DNA from: a virus
Reading direction: 5' to 3' (one strand)
Length of the DNA stretch: 64,000 nt
IMG/VR virus record: IMGVR_UViG_3300025133_000032
In this document: one piece after another, positions 48,109 through 57,361 of the stretch
How the letters are laid out: the number at the start of each line of letters is the position of its first letter
Position numbering within the stretch: the stretch's first letter is position 1
Position numbers and translations under genes: made by a program
The notes under the pieces: model-generated
The model's database searches: none
The model's input: only the letters and a program-made list of their open reading frames with translations
Told to the model about the DNA's origin: nothing

Positions 48109-48740
48109 TTGTACATTACCATTATGTACAGTTGCGGTGAGTCAGGCCATAAAAATTTAACACTAATTTTGGTTATCCTATCATCAAATTCGTCTGTTAT
48201 TAAAGCAGGCGTCTCTGCTTTAATAACAGATTGTAAATCGTCTTCATCAGTGTAGTTGCCGACATTTTTTGCATATTTCCAGAATTGTTTTACATCATAT
48301 AACCCATTTAAGTCTGGATGCCAATAGCCAGAATGTAAAAAATTATCTGGCTTATATGCAAATTCATGCTCCCCATCTCTTACCCATCCAACCTTAAAAT
48401 CTTTAAAGCGCCAATGATCGCCGAAGCCCCAATCAATAAAAAGTCGGCCATCAGAGTTAAGATGGTTCAGGCATTTATCAACTAGCCCAACTGGATCTTT
48501 CGCAAAGTAAGCAACTCTTGTACATACTATAAGATCATATTTTCTTTTTAATGACCAAGGTTCATTAACATCCCAATTTCTTAATGTGAGGTCATAAAAA
48601 TCACGATACTCTGAATGGATCGTCTTTGTGTAGGCATTTTCGCCGCTAAACCCTAAAAACGCTACACTTTTAGGTGCTAACGTGTCACATGTCATTTTGT
48701 AATATTCTTTGAATATTATTGGATCACTTTTTCCCATCAT
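48105..48740 (-). CDS. Class I SAM methyltransferase-like protein (likely start MMGK)
   Basis: VAFLGF, KYDLIVC and HLNSDGRLFID; GGAG RBS. Confidence 0.65.
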   Translation of the reverse strand: MMGKSDPIIFKEYYKMTCDTLAPKSVAFLGFSGENAYTKTIHSEYRDFYDLTLRNWDVNEPWSLKRKYDLIVCTRVAYFAKDPVGLVDKCLNHLNSDGRLFIDWGFGDHWRFKDFKVGWVRDGEHEFAYKPDNFLHSGYWHPDLNGLYDVKQFWKYAKNVGNYTDEDDLQSVIKAETPALITDEFDDRITKISVKFLWPDSPQLYIMVMYK

Positions 48741-48941
48741 AATCTCCATAGCTCAAACCTGGCTCAGTTAAACATATACTTGCTGTTGCGAATATAGCTG
48801 ATAACCTTATTATTTGTGGACGTCTTGTATGCTTACGCTACTTGTGTCAAATGATGCCACATTATACATAATGTATGGCCTTTTCATTTCATGATGAACG
48901 TCATGTATAATGTCATTGATGATGCTATGTGTTTTTTTCAT
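48724..48941 (-). pseudogene. Frameshifted paralog of 49484-49798 (not in the ORF track)
   Basis: MKKTHS...RPYIMYNVASFD...VHK* continues in another frame as IIRLSAIFATASICLTEPGLSYG. The paralog reads QPNIIYDVAYFD...YKFIVKLVTLVTASICFTEPDIIYG. Confidence 0.7.
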
Positions 48942-49252
48942 GATTGTGACAGCACCTCATCCCTAAAATTGCATAATGCTTTTTTCATCAATTCATATTC
49001 AAGGATCTTCTGATCAAAGAATTCTACATCTAAAACTCTGCAAAAATGTTCATCACAACTATTCTTTCTTTTTGAACATTTTTTAAGATTAGCATCAAGT
49101 ACTTTCGTATAAAAAATTAAATCTCCCGGTGCATCGCCATCCCTGTTCTGGACAGAATCTACACGCCAATACCCTTTATGATAAGCCATAATATAGTCAC
49201 CAGCTTTAATTTTTTTCTGTCTTGATTCTCTATCATCCATAGCTTTCTTCAT
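48938..49252 (-). CDS. Small hypothetical protein, SH3-like (start uncertain, 49240-49297)
   Basis: IKAGDYIMAYHKGYWRVDSV. Confidence 0.55.
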   Translation of the reverse strand: MKKAMDDRESRQKKIKAGDYIMAYHKGYWRVDSVQNRDGDAPGDLIFYTKVLDANLKKCSKRKNSCDEHFCRVLDVEFFDQKILEYELMKKALCNFRDEVLSQS

Positions 49253-49496
49253 CTCCCAGGGAAGCAATAATGCACCGAATATTACAATAATGAACACAAG
49301 TAGTTGTTCTAGAGCCTAGAATACCTAAGGTTAACATATGCTCATTATTAGTCCAACCAGTGTGCTGCTCTGTTTGTAAAATTACGCCAAAAGCATCTTT
49401 ATATTCAGTTATATATGATCGAAATAACACTAGATCAAATTTTCTTAACAAAGCTTTACTGCTTAGTTGTTCATCTGGACTGATTAAAGATGACAT
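49233..49496 (-). CDS. Small SH3/KOW-like hypothetical protein (paralog family)
   Basis: FDLVLF...FGVILQTEQHTGWTNNEHMLT...IIASL, close to 50323-50553. Confidence 0.6.
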   Translation of the reverse strand: MSSLISPDEQLSSKALLRKFDLVLFRSYITEYKDAFGVILQTEQHTGWTNNEHMLTLGILGSRTTTCVHYCNIRCIIASLGDEESYG

Positions 49497-49798
49497 GTCA
49501 ACTTTCCGTATATTATATCCGGTTCCGTAAAGCAAATACTAGCTGTTACAAGAGTAACAAGCTTTACTATGAATTTATAAGCTTCATCTGGTGTATCAAA
49601 TTCTGCTTCGTCGAAGTAAGCAACGTCATATATGATATTCGGTTGCAAAAAGGTATTATACACAGCAGCTACTGCTTTATGCACTACAGTATATAAGCCA
49701 TGACTTATCTGCATGTCAACTGTAGTCATACCAGACATATATAGGATATCATGTGATACAGTATGTCCAGAGACTATTGAAAATTTTGCTTTTTGCAT
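49484..49798 (-). CDS. Hypothetical protein (intact paralog of 48724-48941)
   Basis: Shares YxVAxFD and TASICxTEP with the pseudogene. Confidence 0.6.
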   Translation of the reverse strand: MQKAKFSIVSGHTVSHDILYMSGMTTVDMQISHGLYTVVHKAVAAVYNTFLQPNIIYDVAYFDEAEFDTPDEAYKFIVKLVTLVTASICFTEPDIIYGKLTCHL

Positions 49799-49799
49799 C

Positions 49800-50042
49800 T
49801 TATATTGAACCTAGCAGTTTTAGCTCTATATCTTTAAATGTGCATTTAGATTTATCATAGATAACTGTTTTGCTTTTATAGCTAAAAATATAACGGATGC
49901 TATGAGATTCTAGGTCATATACAGTATATTTTGTTTTTTTAAAAAGGTTCACATATCCAATACCAATTATAATAAACCTATTTTCTATAAATGAACAAGA
50001 AGCATTTTTATCCGTATATGCGACTAAATCTAACACTTTCAT
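49800..50042 (-). CDS. Small SH3/KOW-like hypothetical protein
   Basis: MKVLDLV...YTVYDLES; ATGA overlap and AGGAG upstream. Confidence 0.55.
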   Translation of the reverse strand: MKVLDLVAYTDKNASCSFIENRFIIIGIGYVNLFKKTKYTVYDLESHSIRYIFSYKSKTVIYDKSKCTFKDIELKLLGSI

Positions 50043-50326
50043 GCTCCTAAACACAACCTTATAACAATTTGCGTAAAATCGTATATCATGTTGTATAGCT
50101 CTTCATCGCTTATTGAACCTTGCTCGAACTGTTCTATACGGTATTTAACAATAGGGTGACCAGCTGCTTGATGTGCCGCTTGCAAGGCATGTATAACGAT
50201 ACGTAATGATGGTTCTTTAACGTTATTTGGTAATCTTATCATGCCCCGAATTGTCGGGTGGTTTGTACATGTACACACGCTTACAATGGATAACTTTGAG
50301 GCTGCATATCCCTTAGGGCCAGTCAT
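50039..50326 (-). CDS. Hypothetical protein (likely start MTGPKG)
   Basis: ATGA overlap with the stop at 50323 and an AAGGAG RBS. Confidence 0.55.
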   Translation of the reverse strand: MTGPKGYAASKLSIVSVCTCTNHPTIRGMIRLPNNVKEPSLRIVIHALQAAHQAAGHPIVKYRIEQFEQGSISDEELYNMIYDFTQIVIRLCLGA

Positions 50327-50553
50327 AAAGGCTCCTTCATAGATGCGACAACATTTACACGCCGGAAATCTGTGCGGTGCGGTCTGTGTGTTTTGATATC
50401 GTACACTGTGATCATGCATTCATTCATAACCCACCCGTGATGATCATCAGTCTGTACAACTATGCCGATGGTATTGTTGCCCCAAACGTGAAATGATACT
50501 AGATCAAGCAATTTTATTGAAGATTTCTTATAAACCACTCCAGCCAAGCTCAT
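50323..50553 (-). CDS. Small SH3/KOW-like hypothetical protein (paralog family)
   Basis: LDLVSF...IGIVVQTDDHHGWVMNECMITVYDIKT...VVASM. Confidence 0.6.
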   Translation of the reverse strand: MSLAGVVYKKSSIKLLDLVSFHVWGNNTIGIVVQTDDHHGWVMNECMITVYDIKTHRPHRTDFRRVNVVASMKEPL

Positions 50554-51266
50554 AGCAACCCTTCAATAAAAGAAAATTTATATTGCCCTTCATGATCTTT
50601 TAAAAACTGTATCAACTCTATAGTAAGTATATCAGACAATAGATTCGCGTCCCATTCGCAAGCATGAAACACGATCTCTGTTTTTTCACTAAGTTCAAGT
50701 GGTTTAAATGGCGGAGCGCAAGTATAATAGATAACCTTATCTTTCCAGTGGTCCGTCTTATCTCTATCGCCGTATGTAACATTAGCATACTCATCAGCAC
50801 TCAAAGCAAGAGTATTTATTCCTGTGTCTTTACATGCATCAAAGACATTAGGTGACATGCGCCATGCAGGAGGCCTCAGGACATCTTTAAATACACTCGA
50901 TAGGCCTGACTTATTAACCATACCCCTCATTAATTCGATGCATTTAAGAGCTTCTTGATAACCCATCGTTTGCAGCTCGTCATTATTTGATTTACCAGGA
51001 ATCCCGTGATGAAATCCATGATAACATACCTCGAATGTATTTTTATCTAATTCTTGTAGCTCTTGACAAAACTCTGGATAAAGATCCAATTGCAGAGGTT
51101 GTGGTGTTGCAGTAGGCCCGATCGTTCTCCAATATGAAACAGGCACGAACAGTGTAAACTTTGCATCAGGGAATACACTTAATATATCATAGCAATTATG
51201 AAGTACCTTTGTAGATGATTGCGGATGAGGCGAAACATCATCGATTGATATATTAACTTTATACAC
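50550..51266 (-). CDS. Polysaccharide deacetylase (NodB/DUF2334-like)
   Basis: ISIDDVSP, TLFV, YHGFHH, RPPAWR and VFH. Confidence 0.85.
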   Translation of the reverse strand: MYKVNISIDDVSPHPQSSTKVLHNCYDILSVFPDAKFTLFVPVSYWRTIGPTATPQPLQLDLYPEFCQELQELDKNTFEVCYHGFHHGIPGKSNNDELQTMGYQEALKCIELMRGMVNKSGLSSVFKDVLRPPAWRMSPNVFDACKDTGINTLALSADEYANVTYGDRDKTDHWKDKVIYYTCAPPFKPLELSEKTEIVFHACEWDANLLSDILTIELIQFLKDHEGQYKFSFIEGLL

Positions 51267-51267
51267 T

Positions 51268-52176
51268 TCACTGCCCTTCTATGATATCAACATATGACAA
51301 AGCCATATCATCTATAAATCTGTTACGTGCCGAAAGCCTGGATTTTATTACGTCATTGTAGGTTTCTCTTAAAAGCAAAACAGCGGTGTTAAATGATTCA
51401 ATAGTGCCATCAAATGATGTGCCATATCCCGTACAATACTCGGGTATGCTACCTCCCTGCTCATGATAAATCACTGGTAAACCCATTGCTAATGCTTCCA
51501 ATACATGGTTAGCTCCGGCTTCGTGAAGTGAGGCAGTAACATATACGTTATGCTTGCTCACTTCATTAACAAGAGATTCTCCATCCATTGGTCCTATTTG
51601 ATTTTTATATTTTATATCTTGTGGAGCTCTGCCTACATACGTAAAATTGCTAATTTTATCCAGCTCTTTGTAAAAAGAGAATCCCTTGAATGCGTTCGTT
51701 GACCAGTGATGTGTAACGAATGAAATGTCAACGGGTAAATCTTCTTTTGGCTTGCAGTCAAAGTGCCTCATCGGCTCATTTTGAATGACAAACCAATCTT
51801 TCCCCATTGGAATATGTGCTTTCTGCATTTTCTCAAGAACTGATTCACATGCCCAGGTACTGGGAAAAATTACACAATCAGATTGCTGAACTGTCTTTTT
51901 CACTAATTCGGTGAGTTCAGGTTTGGAGTGCGTTCCTAAATCTCCGACACGTTGAACTATCTTTGCGTCATAGATACGTGATATGTTGTGTATCATGTCA
52001 TAGTTATTATCGTTTGTTGGTCGTGGGTCGACGATTAATGCTACATCAAACTTTTTTGACATGTCAAACGTGATATTATGTCCTGCATCTATTAACGCAA
52101 GTATTATCGAGTTTAAACTTTTCGTCCCGCCGCCCCAAGGGCCTGCAACGGGCTTGCGATTAACGTACACGAGCAT
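51268..52176 (-). CDS. Glycosyltransferase, GT4 family
   Basis: GPWGGG, KG and ASLHEAGANHVLEALAMGLPV. Confidence 0.85.
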   Translation of the reverse strand: MLVYVNRKPVAGPWGGGTKSLNSIILALIDAGHNITFDMSKKFDVALIVDPRPTNDNNYDMIHNISRIYDAKIVQRVGDLGTHSKPELTELVKKTVQQSDCVIFPSTWACESVLEKMQKAHIPMGKDWFVIQNEPMRHFDCKPKEDLPVDISFVTHHWSTNAFKGFSFYKELDKISNFTYVGRAPQDIKYKNQIGPMDGESLVNEVSKHNVYVTASLHEAGANHVLEALAMGLPVIYHEQGGSIPEYCTGYGTSFDGTIESFNTAVLLLRETYNDVIKSRLSARNRFIDDMALSYVDIIEGQ

Positions 52177-53119
52177 TTAAATAAACCTCATCTAATAAAT
52201 CATCATACATGGTGATTACTTTTGTCATCTCGTACTTTTTAACATTGTTAAAGTTGTACTCGATTGTATGTTCGATAGCGTCATTACTGATTTTATCAAC
52301 AAAATCTTGCTCAGAAGAACATATACAATCTGGGTGAAGTATATCAGATGCGATACCAACGTCTGTTGATAGAATCTTTGTTTTTGTCCTTGCTGCCTCT
52401 AAAATTGCTTGTGGGCCGCCTTCGTAACGAGATGTAACAAGATAATAGCCATTATATTTTCTAATTACGTTATATGCTGCATTCATAGAAGTTTCGTCAA
52501 TCCTCATCGATGAAACTATATAATCCTTATCTAGCTCTTTCAAGAGATAGTCTCTACGCCAACCGCCTAAAAACACTGCCATCTCTTTTGGCGTAAACTC
52601 TTTTACTATTCTTGCAAGTATGTCCGGTCCCTTTTCGAGCTTAGGCAAAAACACACCGCTATTGATACTTGCACCCTCAGTATCTCGTTGAAATGAGGCT
52701 ATAAGCTTACGATCACCTACATGAAGGTTAACAGGGATTTTTGCTGGTTGTTCAACAGGAAACCACCTTTCTGAGTTCACCCAATATGGCAATTTCTTTA
52801 TGTGTACATTTGGAACAAAATTTTTCAACATGCTGCCTGTTTTCTCATTTGAGACATGAAATACATTTGTGAACTGGCTTAGCGCTATATAGTCTACTGC
52901 CCGAGCTTTAGTAGGTACAATATGGTGAACTGTCGTCACAACGGGCTTCATACAGAGCTGCATGATAGGAAAGTGGTTTGCAATCCACTTAGCATACAAG
53001 AAAACAATATCACTTTTTTTAATGTCATATACAATATCATGACGTGTGTTTTTCTCGAATTCGCCGATTATCGTATCACAAACCCAATTCTCTCCTGGCT
53101 TCGGTATAAAAACTTTCAT
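52160..53119 (-). CDS. Glycosyltransferase, GT4 family
   Basis: SFQRDTEG, EKGPD, SRYEGGPQAILEA and STDVG. Confidence 0.85.
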   Translation of the reverse strand: MKVFIPKPGENWVCDTIIGEFEKNTRHDIVYDIKKSDIVFLYAKWIANHFPIMQLCMKPVVTTVHHIVPTKARAVDYIALSQFTNVFHVSNEKTGSMLKNFVPNVHIKKLPYWVNSERWFPVEQPAKIPVNLHVGDRKLIASFQRDTEGASINSGVFLPKLEKGPDILARIVKEFTPKEMAVFLGGWRRDYLLKELDKDYIVSSMRIDETSMNAAYNVIRKYNGYYLVTSRYEGGPQAILEAARTKTKILSTDVGIASDILHPDCICSSEQDFVDKISNDAIEHTIEYNFNNVKKYEMTKVITMYDDLLDEVYLNARVR

Positions 53120-54078
53120 CTCCGCAGGTCCTCTCTGACCATTTCTTTTACAAGATCATTAAATGTATACTCAGGCTTCCACCCTAAAATAGATAATGCT
53201 TTTGATGCATCACCCCTTAGTGTGTGTACGTCTGTGGGGCGATAATATGTCTCATCTACGTATATATGTTTTCCATAGCTACTAATTCCTGCTTCTTTAA
53301 ATGCAATATCAGCAAAAGCATCGATTGTATGAGACTCACCAGTAGCCAAGACGTAATCATCAGGTTCACTGTGTTGCATCATCATCCACATTCCTCTAAC
53401 GTAGTCTTTTGCATGGCCCCAATCACGAGCAGAATTTAAGTTTCCCATCCCGACCCTGAATGTGGGATCGTTTGCGGCTGCTGCTGCAGCCAATGTTAGC
53501 TTTCTAGTTACAAATGTGGATCCCCTTCGAGGTGATTCATGATTAAATAATATACCACAGCATGCGAACATATTATATGATTCTCTGTACATTTTTGTTA
53601 TATTATGTGCGAATAACTTTGCACAGGCATACGGTGATACTGGACCGAATGTCGAATTCTCATTTAGAAGATCATTTGACGTAGCATTTCCATATAGCTC
53701 AGATGTAGACGCTTGATAGAACTTCGAGTTAAAGCCAGACAATCTTATTGATTCAAGTAACGAAAGTACTGCGCTACCTGTCACCTTCGCTGTATATTCA
53801 GGAATCTGGAATGATTTTCCTACATGAGATTGCGCTGCCAAGTTGTATACTTCATGTGGCTTAATTAATCTTAGCGTTTTGTCTAGTAGCGTGCGATCAG
53901 TAACGTCACCCTCGATAATATTCAAATCACGAATATGCGCTATATTTACATCGGACGAGCTGGTCGTTGAAAACCTTTTTAAACCGTAGACATCATATCC
54001 CTTTTCAAGCAAAAGCTCAGCTAAATAACTACCATCCTGGCCAGCAACGCCTGTAATAAGTGCTTTACGCTTTTGCAT
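53116..54078 (-). CDS. gmd: GDP-mannose 4,6-dehydratase
   Basis: ALITGVAGQDGSYLAE, YNLAAQSHV, FYQASTSELYG, SPYACAK, GILFNHESPRRG and RDWGHAKDY. Confidence 0.95.
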   Translation of the reverse strand: MQKRKALITGVAGQDGSYLAELLLEKGYDVYGLKRFSTTSSSDVNIAHIRDLNIIEGDVTDRTLLDKTLRLIKPHEVYNLAAQSHVGKSFQIPEYTAKVTGSAVLSLLESIRLSGFNSKFYQASTSELYGNATSNDLLNENSTFGPVSPYACAKLFAHNITKMYRESYNMFACCGILFNHESPRRGSTFVTRKLTLAAAAAANDPTFRVGMGNLNSARDWGHAKDYVRGMWMMMQHSEPDDYVLATGESHTIDAFADIAFKEAGISSYGKHIYVDETYYRPTDVHTLRGDASKALSILGWKPEYTFNDLVKEMVREDLRR

Positions 54079-54961
54079 TTTCTAAAACCCTCGTGTATTT
54101 AACAGCAGTATTTCTAATATCAAGTTCTGATTCTTCTAAGTTTGGTGATTTTCTTGAAAAATCCATTTGAGGCGGGTTATATAAATTGCAAGGCTTAAAA
54201 TCCCATGGCGCTTCGTTTATCACAACAGAATTCTTGCCCGCAATTTCTCTTGTACCACCAGATGAGGAACAAATAATCTGGCATCCTGCGGCTCTGGCAT
54301 CAACGACGCAATTTGGACAATGATCTAACCAGGCCAGATGCAAGAAATAATCAGTTGCTTTGTATAAAGATACTAACGTCTTATAGTCTAAATCACCAGC
54401 ATAAAATATTCTTGGATCAACCACTTTGTAGTCTGGGTTTGCGCCGGCAATGATTAAGCAATCTTTATGGCCAGCATGCTCTTTAAAATATCTCACGTTT
54501 TCGCTTAGCCGCTTATGCGGCCTCCATGAAGCTGCACATGACCACACTTTATCAACGGACTGTAGCGTAGGAGCATACATTGGATCAATGCTATCGATGT
54601 AGTCAATATTGGTACCATTACGTATAATTTCCGACGATTCATGAGGCCCAAAAAACGTTTCTACTAACTTTTTATCAAAACTAGATTGAAAGACTACCGA
54701 TTTTGCTTTATTATACGTATCTTTTATTTTTAGATTCTGTGTTTTCCAATCTTGTGTGTTGTTAAACCAAATCCCATCCAAACGTTGGACCATCGGCGAT
54801 TTAGTAGAAAGGGCTTGAATAAACGACAGTTGAACATCTGGTGATTCATCTTCGTTTACTATAATGTGCCCATTTTTTGATAGCTGGGTTGCTAGCTTAT
54901 GGCCGAACGCATTTGGTCCAGTTCTTGATAAAAAGTTTACGTTATCGAATAGAATTCGCAT
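54065..54961 (-). CDS. Glycosyltransferase, GT4-like
   Basis: QRLDG, WRPHKR and DHCPNCVVDARAAG (D-for-E variant of EX7E). Confidence 0.8.
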   Translation of the reverse strand: MRILFDNVNFLSRTGPNAFGHKLATQLSKNGHIIVNEDESPDVQLSFIQALSTKSPMVQRLDGIWFNNTQDWKTQNLKIKDTYNKAKSVVFQSSFDKKLVETFFGPHESSEIIRNGTNIDYIDSIDPMYAPTLQSVDKVWSCAASWRPHKRLSENVRYFKEHAGHKDCLIIAGANPDYKVVDPRIFYAGDLDYKTLVSLYKATDYFLHLAWLDHCPNCVVDARAAGCQIICSSSGGTREIAGKNSVVINEAPWDFKPCNLYNPPQMDFSRKSPNLEESELDIRNTAVKYTRVLENAKA

Positions 54962-55751
54962 TTAACCAATCCCTCACATTTTTTTCCCATATAATTGCAT
55001 TTGAATCTTTACCAAAGCATCTTGTAAATGATCTGCCTATATGTGTAAAAACAGGTTCACCGAATAATTGGTATTCTTCTCCCCGTGTATCTTGTTTCAT
55101 GAAAACTGCGCTAGATGATTTCGCTCTATGCAAATGCATATGCTTTCCTGCTAAACCTGCTTGTATAATTTTTCTTGGAAGCTCTGAGCCTGTATCTAGC
55201 AATATTTGCTCGGCGACTTCTCTCTTGTACCACGCGTTGTTAGTCTCTGTAATAGTTACCATACCCTCAGGTTTAAAACTTACATTTAAACTTTTGATAA
55301 TGTCTCTTCTGAACATTGCACATATCACGTTGGGGAATTCAGAGTACTTCTTTCCGTCATACTCGGCGCCTACAATTACAACATCACCAACTAGTGTCTG
55401 TAACATTTTATTGTCCCAATCATTTTGTAGAAAAGCAACATCACAGTCCATTAAAATGCAAATATCCTCTGTCATTCGCTGGAATACTTCATCTAGTGAT
55501 AGGCCATGATGCATGCTACCATATTCACTCTTGCTTTTTAATATAAAAGTAGAATTATCTCTATAGAGTCCTGCTTGTTTTAAAATGTCTTTGGTTTCTT
55601 TTTCATCGACTTCAAAAGAATCTACGCCAATTATAAAAGTGAATCTATTAAAGTCATTTACTGTTCGCTTTAGTGTTTCTATCAGAAAGCGAAGGTATGC
55701 ATTTCCGTTACGCGATAGTGCTATACCTATTTCTATTTTTTTCATATTCAT
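54942..55751 (-). CDS. Glycosyltransferase, GT-A/GT2-like
   Basis: GSMHHG..LD, ILMDCD (DxD) and LDTG. Confidence 0.7.
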   Translation of the reverse strand: MNMKKIEIGIALSRNGNAYLRFLIETLKRTVNDFNRFTFIIGVDSFEVDEKETKDILKQAGLYRDNSTFILKSKSEYGSMHHGLSLDEVFQRMTEDICILMDCDVAFLQNDWDNKMLQTLVGDVVIVGAEYDGKKYSEFPNVICAMFRRDIIKSLNVSFKPEGMVTITETNNAWYKREVAEQILLDTGSELPRKIIQAGLAGKHMHLHRAKSSSAVFMKQDTRGEEYQLFGEPVFTHIGRSFTRCFGKDSNAIIWEKNVRDWLNANSIR

Positions 55752-56265
55752 CCCTAAGCACTGACATCAGTATATAGTCGATAAACTTACCGTCCCTATA
55801 AATTGCCTGACGCTCAATACCTTCTTGGATAAACCCGAGCTTTTCGTAAATTCGTTTTGCTCCAAGATTTGTTTCAAGAACTTTTAATGAAATCCTATTC
55901 ATTTCAAGCTTATCAAAGAAGAATGTCAACAAATATTTATATACCTTTGTCGCAATGCCCTGTCGGCGGTGAGCCGAGGCGATATCGAGGCCAATTTGTA
56001 CACTCGAATTCTTATAGTCTTTGTTGTCAATACGAACAACACCCACTGGAACGTCCCCAGCTGGTGCCTTGCATGTAATGACCCATCTAGATGACGTCGG
56101 AGATATACATAGTTTTTTGAACCACATGTGTTGTTGCACCTGACTTACTGGCTCGTTATTAGTAAGCATACAAAGTGTCGATGGTTCATTATGTAGTAAA
56201 CGGGCCCACTCTAAGTCCTTTTTTTCGAGTACTCGAAGGCTTATTCCATCATTGAGAGTATGCAT
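55708..56265 (-). CDS. GNAT N-acetyltransferase (RimL/PseH-like), probably acting on an amino sugar
   Basis: HRRQGIA and NLGAKRIYEKLGF..EG..R; directly downstream of DegT. Confidence 0.9.
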   Translation of the reverse strand: MHTLNDGISLRVLEKKDLEWARLLHNEPSTLCMLTNNEPVSQVQQHMWFKKLCISPTSSRWVITCKAPAGDVPVGVVRIDNKDYKNSSVQIGLDIASAHRRQGIATKVYKYLLTFFFDKLEMNRISLKVLETNLGAKRIYEKLGFIQEGIERQAIYRDGKFIDYILMSVLRDEYEKNRNRYSTIA

Positions 56266-57355
56266 TTACTGCCTCAATGACCCTTGTTACATCATCATCA
56301 CTTAAATGGGCGCCCACAGGTATATTTGTCATATGTGCACAAAATGCTGATACGCCGGGTAAACTATCATTACCTTTGCAGTGACTTCTAAAAACCGTGT
56401 ACTTATCATTCCTCATATGAACCTGATCTACTTGTATATCCCGCTCATTCATAAATGTTTTAAAAGCTTTAGGGTCTTCAACATGGATAGTAAATAACCA
56501 ATCTGCTGATCTTGTGCCAAATTCTTTGCTGCGGCGAACCTGGTATTCTGTCTTTAGCTCACGACGATAACGGTTAGCATTGTTGACATGGCGCGACAAA
56601 ATCATGTTTATATTCTTTAGTTGCTCAAGACCTACTGCTGCATTTACATTATTCATATGAAACTTATAACCAGCAAGAGAGATATCTTGTTCCCACTTTG
56701 ACCCTGGGTATTTTCTGTCTAAACCAAACCACCTAAGCAATTTTACTTTTTCGAAATCAAGCTTGTTTCTACAGGCTAGTGCACCACCGTCGATTGTTGT
56801 TAAGTGCTTTATTGCCTGAAAGGAATAACATGTGTAGTCCGCCCAGTGTGAAATATCAACCCCTTTGTATTTCGCACAAAGGGCGTGCGCTGCGTCAGCA
56901 ACGAGTGGCACATTCGCTTTCCCACAAATCTCCTTCAGGCCTGACAAGCAAACTGGTTCACCGGCCCAATGAACGCAGACAACGGCTTTCACTTTCCCTT
57001 TGTGTTTCTTTAATAATTCCTCAACGGACCGGCAGCTAATATTGCCAGTTTGTTTACTGACATCCGCCCATGCTAATTTTGCTCCGAGGTTATGGAGTGG
57101 AACGTTTGTTGCCATACATGTCATAGGCGTTGTGATAACTACATCACCCTGTTGTACATCACATAATTTATATGCTAATGTAAGCGCAGACGTGCAGCTG
57201 TTTGTTAATGCAGTATATGGATTATCAATTAATTTGGAAAACTTTTCCTCAAATTCATCAGATAAAGCACCCTCAGTTAACATCCCAGAATCAAAAACCT
57301 TTTGCAGTGTCACACCCAAGTTTTTAGGAATATTAGGCTTAAATAAAGGAATCAT
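56249..57355 (-). CDS. DegT/DnrJ/EryC1/StrS sugar aminotransferase
   Basis: NSCTSAL, DAAHA and SFQAIKHLTTIDGG (PLP lysine). Confidence 0.92.
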   Translation of the reverse strand: MIPLFKPNIPKNLGVTLQKVFDSGMLTEGALSDEFEEKFSKLIDNPYTALTNSCTSALTLAYKLCDVQQGDVVITTPMTCMATNVPLHNLGAKLAWADVSKQTGNISCRSVEELLKKHKGKVKAVVCVHWAGEPVCLSGLKEICGKANVPLVADAAHALCAKYKGVDISHWADYTCYSFQAIKHLTTIDGGALACRNKLDFEKVKLLRWFGLDRKYPGSKWEQDISLAGYKFHMNNVNAAVGLEQLKNINMILSRHVNNANRYRRELKTEYQVRRSKEFGTRSADWLFTIHVEDPKAFKTFMNERDIQVDQVHMRNDKYTVFRSHCKGNDSLPGVSAFCAHMTNIPVGAHLSDDDVTRVIEAVNAYSQ

Positions 57356-57361
57356 TTTTTA

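Noticed and set aside
36699-50800. Nested minus-strand alternative-frame ORFs (36699-36914, 43356-43541, 50618-50800) and 63515-63724
   Set aside because: They overlap better-supported genes entirely and show no motifs.
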